DNA from: a virus
Lineage: Duplodnaviria > Caudoviricetes
DNA length: 64,000 nucleotides
Strand: one strand, 5' to 3'
IMG/VR virus record: IMGVR_UViG_3300044695_006401
A program made the translations under genes and the position numbers. The notes beneath the pieces are model-generated. The model saw nothing but the letters and a program-made list of their open reading frames with translations, was not told the DNA's origin and did not search any database. This document shows positions 9,209 to 18,701 of the stretch, one piece after another (within the stretch, counting starts at the first letter, position 1; each line of letters opens with the position of its first letter).

Positions 9209-10534
9209 ATGTGTAGTTTTATTTTCACAAACAAAGAAATCTCAGATGTAGATTATGTTAATTTCTTTAATAAGTTTAGAGGTCCTGACAATACAAATGT
9301 TTTTGTTAAAAACGGATATTCATTTCTACACAACTTATTGAGTATAACCGGAGAATTTAAAACACAGCCATTTGTACAAGACAACATAATTTGTCTTTAT
9401 AATGGTGAAATATATAACTATAAAGAATTTGGTGATTACAATTCAGATGGGGAATGTCTAATACCTCTATACATTAAAGACGGATACAACTTCATAAAAA
9501 AACTAGATGGAGAATTTGCTATAACTTTAGTAGATTTCAATAAAAACATAGTAATAATATCAACAGATACATTTAAAACTAAACCAATTTTTTATTCTTT
9601 AACTGACGGTATCGCAACATCATCATATAGTGACCCTTTAAAAAAATTAGGATACACAAACATCTTAAAGATGGATCCAAACACAACTTTGATTGTCGAC
9701 CTAAAAACAAGGACTCCATTGGAAAAAAGATTAGTTCATAATTTTGATGTGTCGAACCAAAACAAAGATACTTTTGAGGATTGGGTTAGTGCGTTTGAGA
9801 AATCAATTAAAAAAAGAACTAACGGAATTAGAGAAAAAATATTTATAGGTCTTAGTGGTGGTTATGATAGTGGGGCTATTTGTTGTGAATTACTAAACCA
9901 AAATGTAAAATTCAAATCATATACCGTAATCGGCACAGAAAACTCAAATATTCTTAATCAGAGATTTTCATTACTAAATAATAATGAGCAACAATCTCTA
10001 ACTAAAAACACTGATGAGATCAATGTTGCATACAATTATATAAAAAATAATACAGAAACATTTAAATTTGTTACCTATTCAAACTCAAGTGATTACAACG
10101 AATATTGGTTATCTTTAATTGATGATAATGGTGCAAAACATTTATCACATGTTTGTAGTAACGCAATTAAAGATGGAAAAAAAATTCTATTGTCTGGACA
10201 AGGTGCTGATGAAATTTTTTCAGATTATGGTTTTGGTGGTATTAAGAAATATAACCACAGTAATTTTGGTGGACTTTTTCCTGAAGATTTAAAAAGCGTT
10301 TTTCCTTGGCCAAGTTTTTTTAATAGTTCGATGGAATCTTATTTGGCGAAAGAAGAGTATGTTGCTGGTTCATATGGAATTGAATCAAGGTACCCCTTTT
10401 TAGACTTAGAGGTTGTGCAAGAATTTCTTTGGTTGAAACCTGAATTAAAGAATTCACATTATAAGTCAGTTCTTTATTATTATTTAAAAAAATATAACTT
10501 TCCATTTACGGAAAATGAAAAAATAGGATTCTAA
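9209..10534 (+). CDS. asparagine synthetase-like glutamine amidotransferase (AsnB family)
   Basis: N-terminal Cys (MC), RGPD, YNGEIYN, LDGEFA, LSGGYDS, SGQGADE, ESRYPFLD. Confidence 0.88.
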   Translation: MCSFIFTNKEISDVDYVNFFNKFRGPDNTNVFVKNGYSFLHNLLSITGEFKTQPFVQDNIICLYNGEIYNYKEFGDYNSDGECLIPLYIKDGYNFIKKLDGEFAITLVDFNKNIVIISTDTFKTKPIFYSLTDGIATSSYSDPLKKLGYTNILKMDPNTTLIVDLKTRTPLEKRLVHNFDVSNQNKDTFEDWVSAFEKSIKKRTNGIREKIFIGLSGGYDSGAICCELLNQNVKFKSYTVIGTENSNILNQRFSLLNNNEQQSLTKNTDEINVAYNYIKNNTETFKFVTYSNSSDYNEYWLSLIDDNGAKHLSHVCSNAIKDGKKILLSGQGADEIFSDYGFGGIKKYNHSNFGGLFPEDLKSVFPWPSFFNSSMESYLAKEEYVAGSYGIESRYPFLDLEVVQEFLWLKPELKNSHYKSVLYYYLKKYNFPFTENEKIGF

Positions 10535-11178
10535 TGAAAATTAAAACTGTCGATATTTGCATTACAACCTACAATAGAAATGATAGGTTAATAGAGACCT
10601 TAGATATATTATCCAAACAAACCAACACGGATTTTAATCTAATAGTTAACGATGACGGAAATAAAACAATTATAAACCCCAACGACCATCCGATCATTAC
10701 AAAATATATTTGGAACAAAGATGATGGGTACCATAGAGTCGCCAGATTCAATGAATCGGTTTCTTTATGTGTTTCTCCGTTCATAATTTTATTAGACGAC
10801 GATTGTATTCCTGTGGATAGTAATTTTGTACAATCTCATGTTGATGTATTGAATACATCTGATGTTTGTAAGGGAAAAATTAGATTTCCAAATGGTGATT
10901 TAGCATCCGGATGGTTTAGTACCGCAAATTTAGGTATTAGAAAAAAGGTTATTGACGAAATCGGTCTCTTTGATAATAATTTTGATGGTCACTATGGTCA
11001 TGAAGATCAGGATTTAGGTAATAGACTCAATAAGGAGAACTATGTATCTTTTGATGGGTCAAATGGTACTATGGTTAATCATGGTACTGAGATGTACGCC
11101 AATGGGGATAGATCAGACAGTATTGTGGGACATAACACAAGATATTTTATATCAAAATGGGGGTACGACCCTAGATAG
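10534..11178 (+). CDS. GT2 glycosyltransferase
   Basis: ICITTYNR, VNDDG, LLDDDCIP, FDGHYGHEDQDLG. Confidence 0.85.
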   Translation: MKIKTVDICITTYNRNDRLIETLDILSKQTNTDFNLIVNDDGNKTIINPNDHPIITKYIWNKDDGYHRVARFNESVSLCVSPFIILLDDDCIPVDSNFVQSHVDVLNTSDVCKGKIRFPNGDLASGWFSTANLGIRKKVIDEIGLFDNNFDGHYGHEDQDLGNRLNKENYVSFDGSNGTMVNHGTEMYANGDRSDSIVGHNTRYFISKWGYDPR

Positions 11179-11187
11179 TTTTTTATA

Positions 11188-12018
11188 ATGAGTAATCTGA
11201 TATTTTATTGTTCGGGAGGTTTGGGTAATAGGTTAAGCCCGTTTTTAAACATAAAAAACATTTTTGATTATAATATTAAGTTGGTTTGGCCAAAAACCAT
11301 GAGATTAATGTGTGATTTTCAAGATATTTTTGAAAATAAAAATATCGGGTCACTTAGTTTTACCGAATTAGATAATTTAGTTGATGTTGAAAATTTTCAT
11401 GGTAGTGAGGGTGGATTAATTGCGTCAGAATATGAATTCAAAATTAACTCCATAGACTCTCTTTTGAATATGAGTAAAAGAAGTTTTCCTAAACCCGTAC
11501 ATTTATTTAATATTAATAATCTCAGTCACCAAAACACTATTGTTTTTTTTAACGATCTTATTGGTCATGTCGATAAAGAAACCGTCAAAGAAAATTTTTT
11601 TAAGTTAAAACCTAAAAAAGAAATAATTGATAAAATAAATGATTTACAAAGTTATTTAGAAATAAATAAAGACACAGTAGGAATCCACGCAAGAGGTACA
11701 GATTTCATAAATGAAAAACTTGAATCGTACTTTCCTATAATAGATGAAGAACTAAGAAATGGTAATAATATATTTTTTTGTTCCGACGACCCCGATTGGG
11801 AAAAAAATATAATTGTAAAATACCCAATGATCAAAGTGAGACCCCAAAAAAATAATGTTTACAAATCTGATATTAATTCAAACTATTCTTGTAATGTTGT
11901 AACACCTTTAGACGCTACTATTGACGCATACATAGATATGGTATTACTGTCAAAAAGTAACTTTAAACATTTCAACCCTAAAAGTTCGTTCGCAAGGTTA
12001 GTAAACATAATTCAATAA
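11188..12018 (+). CDS. fucosyltransferase-like protein (GT11/GT23/NodZ-like fold)
   Basis: GGLGNRL, VGIHARGTD, FFCSDD, DMVLLS, SSFA. Confidence 0.7.
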   Translation: MSNLIFYCSGGLGNRLSPFLNIKNIFDYNIKLVWPKTMRLMCDFQDIFENKNIGSLSFTELDNLVDVENFHGSEGGLIASEYEFKINSIDSLLNMSKRSFPKPVHLFNINNLSHQNTIVFFNDLIGHVDKETVKENFFKLKPKKEIIDKINDLQSYLEINKDTVGIHARGTDFINEKLESYFPIIDEELRNGNNIFFCSDDPDWEKNIIVKYPMIKVRPQKNNVYKSDINSNYSCNVVTPLDATIDAYIDMVLLSKSNFKHFNPKSSFARLVNIIQ

Positions 12019-12099
12019 CTCTAAGTCAAATAGATAATACTTGTGTTTATTTTATGGGGTTTATATGTTATTTTGAAATAAAAAAATATACAGTAAAAT

Positions 12100-12864
12100 A
12101 TGAAATGTTTGACAATTAGTAGAGGTGAAGACGGGTTCGGATCGCAACTATTTAGTATAATATCAGGTTTAGCATACTGCGACAAACACAAAATACCGTA
12201 TAAACACTCCCCTATTCAAAACATAAAACTACTTAGTTCAAAAAATTTTCTTAACGAAGATTTAATTAGATCTAATGAGTTTGTATTTTCTATTATTAAT
12301 AATATTGATATTTCTAAAACTGAGGATTTAGATTGTACGGTTAAACCATTCTGTCATGATTTAATTTATAATGAAGGTTCTGAAAATTATTTTACAGAAA
12401 ACTTTTTAGAAAAAATTAAATCCTCACATACCTTTAACTTTGGAGGGGACCAAACCCGTACTATATCGATACACATCAGGCGTGGTGAAGATATTTTTGA
12501 GGAAGACAAACCTTATAGATGGATAGAAAGTGAAACATATCAAAAGTTGATAGAATTTATTTTGGAAAAAGAATCTGATTGCAAAATAAAAATCTTCAGC
12601 TGGGGTGAGTCGGGAATCCAATTGAGTGACCCAAGAATTGAGTATTATACTTCTGATTCGGGTGGAAAATTTATGGGTGACTTTATAAAGATGGTGACTT
12701 CTGATATATTAATAGTGGGGTCAAGTACTTTTAGTATTTCTGCGGGATTTCTAAACAAGAACATGGTTTTATCACATACTAAATTAATGAAATTAAATAA
12801 TACCCCCATACCAAGAATATGGGAAAATAACTTCAATACATATTTTAACGGTATTGATATATAA
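12100..12864 (+). CDS. fucosyltransferase-like protein (GT11/GT23/NodZ-like fold)
   Basis: DGFGSQL, SIHIRRGED, DILIVGSSTFS. Confidence 0.7.
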   Translation: MKCLTISRGEDGFGSQLFSIISGLAYCDKHKIPYKHSPIQNIKLLSSKNFLNEDLIRSNEFVFSIINNIDISKTEDLDCTVKPFCHDLIYNEGSENYFTENFLEKIKSSHTFNFGGDQTRTISIHIRRGEDIFEEDKPYRWIESETYQKLIEFILEKESDCKIKIFSWGESGIQLSDPRIEYYTSDSGGKFMGDFIKMVTSDILIVGSSTFSISAGFLNKNMVLSHTKLMKLNNTPIPRIWENNFNTYFNGIDI

Positions 12865-12883
12865 ACTTAATAAAAAACAAAAA

Positions 12884-13810
12884 ATGGGTAGGATATTAAT
12901 TACAGGGTCTAATGGGTTAGTTGGTTCGGCATTAAGAAAACAACTAGGTGACGATCATGTGTACCATACAAAAGAAGAGGTGGATCTTTTAGACTATAAA
13001 AAAACTCATGATTATTTTTCTTATCATGTAAAACATAGTAATGTGGATACAATAATTCATTGTGCCGCAAAAGTCGGAGGTGTTCAAGCAAACCTATCCG
13101 ATAATAAAGGATTTTTTATAGATAATTTCGTAATAAACAATAATGTGATGGAGACTTCATTTAGAAATGAAGTTCCCAACTTTGTGAATTTACTTTCGAC
13201 TTGTATATTTCCTGAGAAAAACATAGAGTTTCCAATGAAACCTCAGGATGTTGACAAGGGTAAACCTCATCCATCAAACGAAGGTTATGCTTACGCTAAA
13301 AGATTAGCAGGATACGAAACAAACACTATTAAAAAGGTTCTTAAATCTAATTGGGTTTCAGTTGTACCTACGAATGTATACGGAATACACGATAACTTCA
13401 ACTTATTTGGTGGACATATGATTCCAGCTATGATCCATAGAGCGTATGAATCAAAAAAAAATAAAGAAAAAATGATAATATGGGGCGATGGTTCACAATT
13501 AAGACAAGTAATTCATTCTGATGATTTAGCAAAATTAATTTTATGGTCATTAGATAATTGGAAAAGTGACTATCCCTTTATGGCGGTAAATCCGAATGAG
13601 CACTCAGTTTTGGAAATATCTAATTTAATTTGTGAAAACTTCAATATTTCGAAAGATGATATACTGTTTGATAACACAAAACCGACGGGTCAATTGAGGA
13701 AACCTGCAATTTCGGACGCACCTTCGAATTTTGAATTTACGACATTATCGGATGGAATTAAAACAACAATAGATTGGTTTATTCAAAACTACGATAAATT
13801 AAGAAAATAA
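12884..13810 (+). CDS. fcl: GDP-L-fucose synthase family epimerase/reductase (Fcl; may act as ColC)
   Basis: TGSNGLVG, HCAAKVGG, LSTCIFP, GYAYAKR, PTNVYG, HMIPA, WGDG. ORF track start is 12854; ATG 12884 (MGRILITG) is more likely. Confidence 0.88.
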   Translation: MGRILITGSNGLVGSALRKQLGDDHVYHTKEEVDLLDYKKTHDYFSYHVKHSNVDTIIHCAAKVGGVQANLSDNKGFFIDNFVINNNVMETSFRNEVPNFVNLLSTCIFPEKNIEFPMKPQDVDKGKPHPSNEGYAYAKRLAGYETNTIKKVLKSNWVSVVPTNVYGIHDNFNLFGGHMIPAMIHRAYESKKNKEKMIIWGDGSQLRQVIHSDDLAKLILWSLDNWKSDYPFMAVNPNEHSVLEISNLICENFNISKDDILFDNTKPTGQLRKPAISDAPSNFEFTTLSDGIKTTIDWFIQNYDKLRK

Positions 13811-13816
13811 GACATT

Positions 13817-14971
13817 ATGAGTATAAAATTAGTAAGTGACACTATCAATAAAGAAGATATAAATTCTTTAATTGAGTGGTTAGGACAAGACGAGATTCCG
13901 AGACTAACAAAAGGAGATCTAACTTGGGAATTAGAATCTAAATGGGCGAAAAAAATAGGAACCAAATATTCGGTTTATCTTAATTCAGGTTCCTCCGCAA
14001 TTCTTTTAGCGTTAGCGGCTTTACAACACACCAACAAATTAAAAAATAATAAAGTAATTGTACCAGGGTTAAGTTGGGCAACCGATGTTAGTTCACCTAT
14101 GATATTAGGTATGGAACCAATTTTATGTGATTGTAATCTTGAGGATCTTTCTTGTGATTTAGATCACTTGGAAAAATTGTTTATTCAACATAACCCATCT
14201 ACATTCATTTTAGTCTCACCATTAGGTTTAGTTCCTGATATGAAAAAAGTTCTTGACCTATGTGAGAAATACAATGTGATCCTACTGGAGGATGTATGCG
14301 AGAGCATGGGATCAAAGTATAATGAAAAATACCTCGGGTCTTTTGGCTTTGCATCATTTTTTTCGATGTATTTTGGACATCATTTAAGTACAATAGAGGG
14401 TGGGTTTATTAATACGGACGACGAAGATTTTTATTATTCATTATTGATGATGAGAAGTCATGGTTGGGATAGAGACCTACCAAAAAGAATCCAAAATAAA
14501 TTACGAAACGAAAATAAAATTAGCGAATTTGATTCACTATATACATTTTATTTACCAGGATTTAATCTAAGATCAACGGATCTACAAGCGTTTATTGGGT
14601 TAAGAGCAATAGATAAATTAGATGACTATACTGAAAAAAGGAACAAAAATTTTCAATTGTATAAATCTTCAATAAATGTCAACCAACTGAATATAACAGA
14701 TAGACCAACAGACTTTATTTCTAATTTTGCATATCCCATTGTAAATAAAAATAGATTAAAAATCATCGAAAAACTTATTAAGGATAATATTGAAGTTAGG
14801 CCTTTAATTGCTGGTGATATGTCAAAAAAACCTATGTGGATTAAAAATTATGGTGAGGTTAATTTACCTAATTGTCAATTGATCAATGAGTATGGGTTTT
14901 ATATACCAAACCATCAGGATCTAACATCAGAACAAATAAATTTAATTTCAAACATAGTAAATAATGAGTAA
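13817..14971 (+). CDS. colD: GDP-4-keto-6-deoxy-D-mannose 3-dehydratase (ColD-like, DegT/DnrJ fold)
   Basis: EDVCESMG and SMYFGHHLSTIEGG, with His where aminotransferases have the Schiff-base Lys. RSHGWDRDLP lacks the Fe-S cysteines of E1/RfbH. Confidence 0.8.
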   Translation: MSIKLVSDTINKEDINSLIEWLGQDEIPRLTKGDLTWELESKWAKKIGTKYSVYLNSGSSAILLALAALQHTNKLKNNKVIVPGLSWATDVSSPMILGMEPILCDCNLEDLSCDLDHLEKLFIQHNPSTFILVSPLGLVPDMKKVLDLCEKYNVILLEDVCESMGSKYNEKYLGSFGFASFFSMYFGHHLSTIEGGFINTDDEDFYYSLLMMRSHGWDRDLPKRIQNKLRNENKISEFDSLYTFYLPGFNLRSTDLQAFIGLRAIDKLDDYTEKRNKNFQLYKSSINVNQLNITDRPTDFISNFAYPIVNKNRLKIIEKLIKDNIEVRPLIAGDMSKKPMWIKNYGEVNLPNCQLINEYGFYIPNHQDLTSEQINLISNIVNNE

Positions 14972-15944
14972 AAAGATTGCATTAATAACAGGTATAAATG
15001 GTCAGGACGGATCTTACTTATCTGAGTTATTATTAGAAAAAGGATATGAAGTGCATGGCACATTAAAAAGAAACTCTGTTTCTGAAAATCAAACTTCTCG
15101 TTTGGATAATGTATTTGACAAATTAATATTGCATTACGCAGACTTAACGGATTTATCATCACTAATAAGAGTTATTAGTGAAATTAAACCCGATGAGGTT
15201 TATAATTTAGCAGCACAATCGCATGTTAGAATTTCTTTCGATCAACCGATATACACTGCAAATGTTACGGGGTTAGGTACTCTGAATATTTTAGAAGCGG
15301 TTAAACTTGTAAATCCTGAAATTAAAATTTATCAAGCATCTTCATCCGAGATGTTCGGTAATTCAATAGATAAGGATGGACTTCAAAGAGAAACAACACC
15401 GATGAATCCAGTTTCACCTTATGGTTGTGCCAAAGTATTCTCATATAATATTTGTAGAAATTATAGAAACGCATATAACATGAAAATATGGAATGGTATT
15501 TTATTTAACCATGAGTCACCAAGAAGAGGTACAAATTTTGTAACAAATAAAGTGGTTAAGGCGGCAGTTAGAATCAGTTTAGGTCTACAAGAAAAATTAC
15601 ACATAGGTAATTTAGAAGCATCCAGAGATTGGGGTCATGCTAAAGATTATGTTGAAGCTATGTGGTTAATGTTACAATCGGACAACCCTAATGATTATGT
15701 GTGTGCGACAGGAGTTTCACACACGGTAAAAGATTTATGTGAGTATACCTTTAGTACTTTAGGTTTAGAATATAAAGATTATGTTGTTATTGACGAGAAA
15801 CACTTTAGGCCCGAAGAACTTGAAAATCTTAAGGGGGACTCTTCAAAATTAACAAATGATTTAGGTTGGAAACCAAAATACACTTTTGAATCTATGTTAG
15901 ATGAAATGATTGAGTATTGGTTAAACTACTATAAAAACAAATAA
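14964..15944 (+). CDS. gmd: GDP-mannose 4,6-dehydratase
   Basis: ALITGINGQDGSYL, YNLAAQSHV, YQASSSEMFG, SPYGCAK, GILFNHESPRRG, RDWGHAKDYV. Confidence 0.96.
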   Translation: MSKKIALITGINGQDGSYLSELLLEKGYEVHGTLKRNSVSENQTSRLDNVFDKLILHYADLTDLSSLIRVISEIKPDEVYNLAAQSHVRISFDQPIYTANVTGLGTLNILEAVKLVNPEIKIYQASSSEMFGNSIDKDGLQRETTPMNPVSPYGCAKVFSYNICRNYRNAYNMKIWNGILFNHESPRRGTNFVTNKVVKAAVRISLGLQEKLHIGNLEASRDWGHAKDYVEAMWLMLQSDNPNDYVCATGVSHTVKDLCEYTFSTLGLEYKDYVVIDEKHFRPEELENLKGDSSKLTNDLGWKPKYTFESMLDEMIEYWLNYYKNK

Positions 15945-15951
15945 TAAATAA

Positions 15952-16692
15952 ATGACAAGAAAAAGAACAATCCAAACACCTGAGGAATCATTAATTCCAA
16001 AAACTATATCAAAAAAAGATTTTATTAATTCAGTCATTAAAAGAAAACAAAAAAATAAATTTTTATCAGATAACCAAAAAGAGTATTACGATATCTTAAT
16101 TAATAACCAAATCACCATATGTTCAGGACCTGCAGGTGTTGGTAAAAGCTATATTTCCATGAGGGCGGCAGTTGACTTACTTATGGACCCAAATAACTCT
16201 TATGAAAAGATAATCATTGTAAGACCCGCAGTTGAAGCTGAGGAAAAATTAGGTTCTCTACCTGGAAACTTAGAAGAAAAGTTAGACCCGTACATTTTTC
16301 CATCCTACTATCTACTTAATAAGATCATAGGAAAAGAGGCTAGAGAAAAATTAAAAGAATCTGAAATTATTGAGGTATTCGCTTTAGCATATATGAGGGG
16401 AATGAATATCGATAACTCGATTTTAATTTTTGAAGAGGCCCAAAACGCAACACCTAATCAAATGAAACTACTATTGACAAGAATCGGGTTTAATAGTAAA
16501 TTTTTTATATCGGGAGATTTAGAACAGACTGATAGGTATAAAGATAAAAAACAATCCGGATTGTACGACGCATTACAACGATTTCAAAATATTAACGATG
16601 TCGGCGTGTATGATTTCAGAAACGCTAAAAATGTGAGAAATCCACTTATTAGTAAAATATTAGAAAAATATGACGAAGAGAGTAGGAATTGA
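15952..16692 (+). CDS. phoH: PhoH-family ATPase
   Basis: GPAGVGKS Walker A, RPAVE, LGSLPG, AYMRG, EEAQN, LLTRIG, GDLEQ. Confidence 0.93.
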   Translation: MTRKRTIQTPEESLIPKTISKKDFINSVIKRKQKNKFLSDNQKEYYDILINNQITICSGPAGVGKSYISMRAAVDLLMDPNNSYEKIIIVRPAVEAEEKLGSLPGNLEEKLDPYIFPSYYLLNKIIGKEAREKLKESEIIEVFALAYMRGMNIDNSILIFEEAQNATPNQMKLLLTRIGFNSKFFISGDLEQTDRYKDKKQSGLYDALQRFQNINDVGVYDFRNAKNVRNPLISKILEKYDEESRN

Positions 16693-17329
16693 GGTTAACG
16701 GTGTATTAAGAGATACTTTAGGAAAGTTTACGCAACTGTATGAGAAACATTTTATAGAGGAGCAAGACTCAGAATCATTAGGTAAAACTTTTGATTTGGA
16801 CATGTCCGGTAACACTTTTGAACATAATGAAGAAAATGAATTTAAGTATGAAATATTATCAGATGTAACCAGTCTAAATTTAATGGACCATTTTAAATTT
16901 AAAAATAACGATGAACTTTATAGTTTCATGTATGAAGATTTTGTAATGCAAATATTTGGTCACGCCGGATCATCAGAAACATTTACTTTTAATGAGTTAA
17001 ATAATCTTTATCTTGACCACCGTGATTCATGTGATGTGATCATAATCTCAGATGAAATAGGGAGGTCTAAACCAGCGACATTATTTTTTTTATCAAAATT
17101 CGGGTCATTAGTTGAATCGGTAATATTCTATTCCATGTCAACCAAAAACAGATTGTGGGATAATGTCGATGTGTTACTGACATCAAATCCTGAAAATATA
17201 ACAAATGCTCCGTCAGATAAAATAGTTGTAAAATATATTACAGAATATAATAAATCAGTTAAGTGTAACTACGAGATTTCGTCTTTAGGTGAATTTGACG
17301 AATTACTAAAAAAATTAAAATTATGTTAG
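16670..17329 (+). CDS. HAD-fold 5'(3')-deoxyribonucleotidase-like protein with degenerate motif I
   Basis: VGIEVNGVLRD aligns with the IGIDxDGVL motif of NT5C-like enzymes, but both Asp residues are replaced. Confidence 0.5.
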   Translation: MTKRVGIEVNGVLRDTLGKFTQLYEKHFIEEQDSESLGKTFDLDMSGNTFEHNEENEFKYEILSDVTSLNLMDHFKFKNNDELYSFMYEDFVMQIFGHAGSSETFTFNELNNLYLDHRDSCDVIIISDEIGRSKPATLFFLSKFGSLVESVIFYSMSTKNRLWDNVDVLLTSNPENITNAPSDKIVVKYITEYNKSVKCNYEISSLGEFDELLKKLKLC

Positions 17330-17631
17330 ATTTTTTAGGAGAAAAATACTATATAGACATTGATGAATTAGAACATCAAGTTAGTATGACTAAATCCAAA
17401 ATACCTTTACCTAAAAAAGGTAAAAAAGAGACTGAAGAAAAATCAGAGGAACCTGAACAACAAATAAGTGTTACAAGATACGACACATTCAAATTTTTAA
17501 TTGAGGTCGTTTTGACTGAAAGAGAGGAAATGGATGAGAATTTAGGTATTCATAGTGCTAAAAATTTATCTTTACCATTTAAATTTGCATTTAATACATT
17601 ATTAATGAATAAAATAATAAAACATTTATAA
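17323..17631 (+). CDS. hypothetical protein
   Basis: 102-aa ORF overlapping the upstream stop, within the operon. Confidence 0.75.
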   Translation: MLDFLGEKYYIDIDELEHQVSMTKSKIPLPKKGKKETEEKSEEPEQQISVTRYDTFKFLIEVVLTEREEMDENLGIHSAKNLSLPFKFAFNTLLMNKIIKHL

Positions 17632-17634
17632 AAC

Positions 17635-18699
17635 ATGGAATTAGAAAAAATACAAAAGGTTGAGGGTTCGATTGAGAACCTTAAATCAAGAAAATCGAGA
17701 ATCTACTTTATGGTGCAAGACACCAAAGGAAATCCAAAGGCATCTGTTAGATATATTTACGACATAGCACTAACTTTATTAAAAAATGGATTCAACCCTA
17801 CAATTATTCACGAAACTACAGATTATACAGGTGTATCAGAATGGTTAGATGAAGAATACATGAAAATTCCACATCTTCCGATAGACGGTCAAAACTTAGC
17901 AATTTCACCTGAAGATTTTATTGTTATACCTGAACTATACTCACATGTGATGGAACAAATAAAAAATTTCCCATGTGCTAAAATTGTTTTGTGTCAAGCA
18001 TATGACTATATGTTAGAGACATTATCGCCAGGTACGACATGGTCCCAATACGGGTTTACTAAATGTATCACAACATCAGATTTCCAAAAAAAATACATTT
18101 CAGAAATTATGAGATCAGGTAGTTTTGATGTATTAAATGTAAATATTCCTTCAGTTTTCAAGAAAAAAGAAAGACCGTCAAAACCAATTATCGCAATCCA
18201 CACCAGAGAACCAAGAGACACTGCAAAAATAATAAAAAGTTTTTACCTTAAATATCCACAATTTAGATGGATCACATTTAGAGATATGAGAGGAATAAAA
18301 CAAGATGATTTCGCAACCTTTTTACAAGAATCGTATCTTTCCATTTGGGTTGATAATGAAAGTGGGTTTGGTACATTCCCTTTAGAGTCTATGATTTCAG
18401 GAACCCCTGTAATTGGAAAAATCCCTAATTTAAAACCTACATGGATGACTGAAGAAAACGGGTTATGGGTTAATAATTACAATGAGATTATTGATGTTGT
18501 TGCAAACTTTACTCAAAATTGGTTAGAGGATAATATATCAGAAACTCTTCATGTTAATATGTCATTAACAGGAGAAGAATACCAAGACCAAGATAAATTC
18601 GAATCATCTGTTGTTGAATTATTTGATGGGTATTTAAAAACCAGATCTCAAATCTTTGAAGAACAATTAGAAAAAATAAAAGTATCAGAAAATAATTAA
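17635..18699 (+). CDS. GT-B fold glycosyltransferase-like protein
   Basis: FIVIPE, IWVDNESGFGTFPLESMISGTPVIG (E-x-F-G-x-x-x-x-E-A-M-like GT4 motif). Confidence 0.75.
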   Translation: MELEKIQKVEGSIENLKSRKSRIYFMVQDTKGNPKASVRYIYDIALTLLKNGFNPTIIHETTDYTGVSEWLDEEYMKIPHLPIDGQNLAISPEDFIVIPELYSHVMEQIKNFPCAKIVLCQAYDYMLETLSPGTTWSQYGFTKCITTSDFQKKYISEIMRSGSFDVLNVNIPSVFKKKERPSKPIIAIHTREPRDTAKIIKSFYLKYPQFRWITFRDMRGIKQDDFATFLQESYLSIWVDNESGFGTFPLESMISGTPVIGKIPNLKPTWMTEENGLWVNNYNEIIDVVANFTQNWLEDNISETLHVNMSLTGEEYQDQDKFESSVVELFDGYLKTRSQIFEEQLEKIKVSENN

Positions 18700-18701
18700 T
18701 T

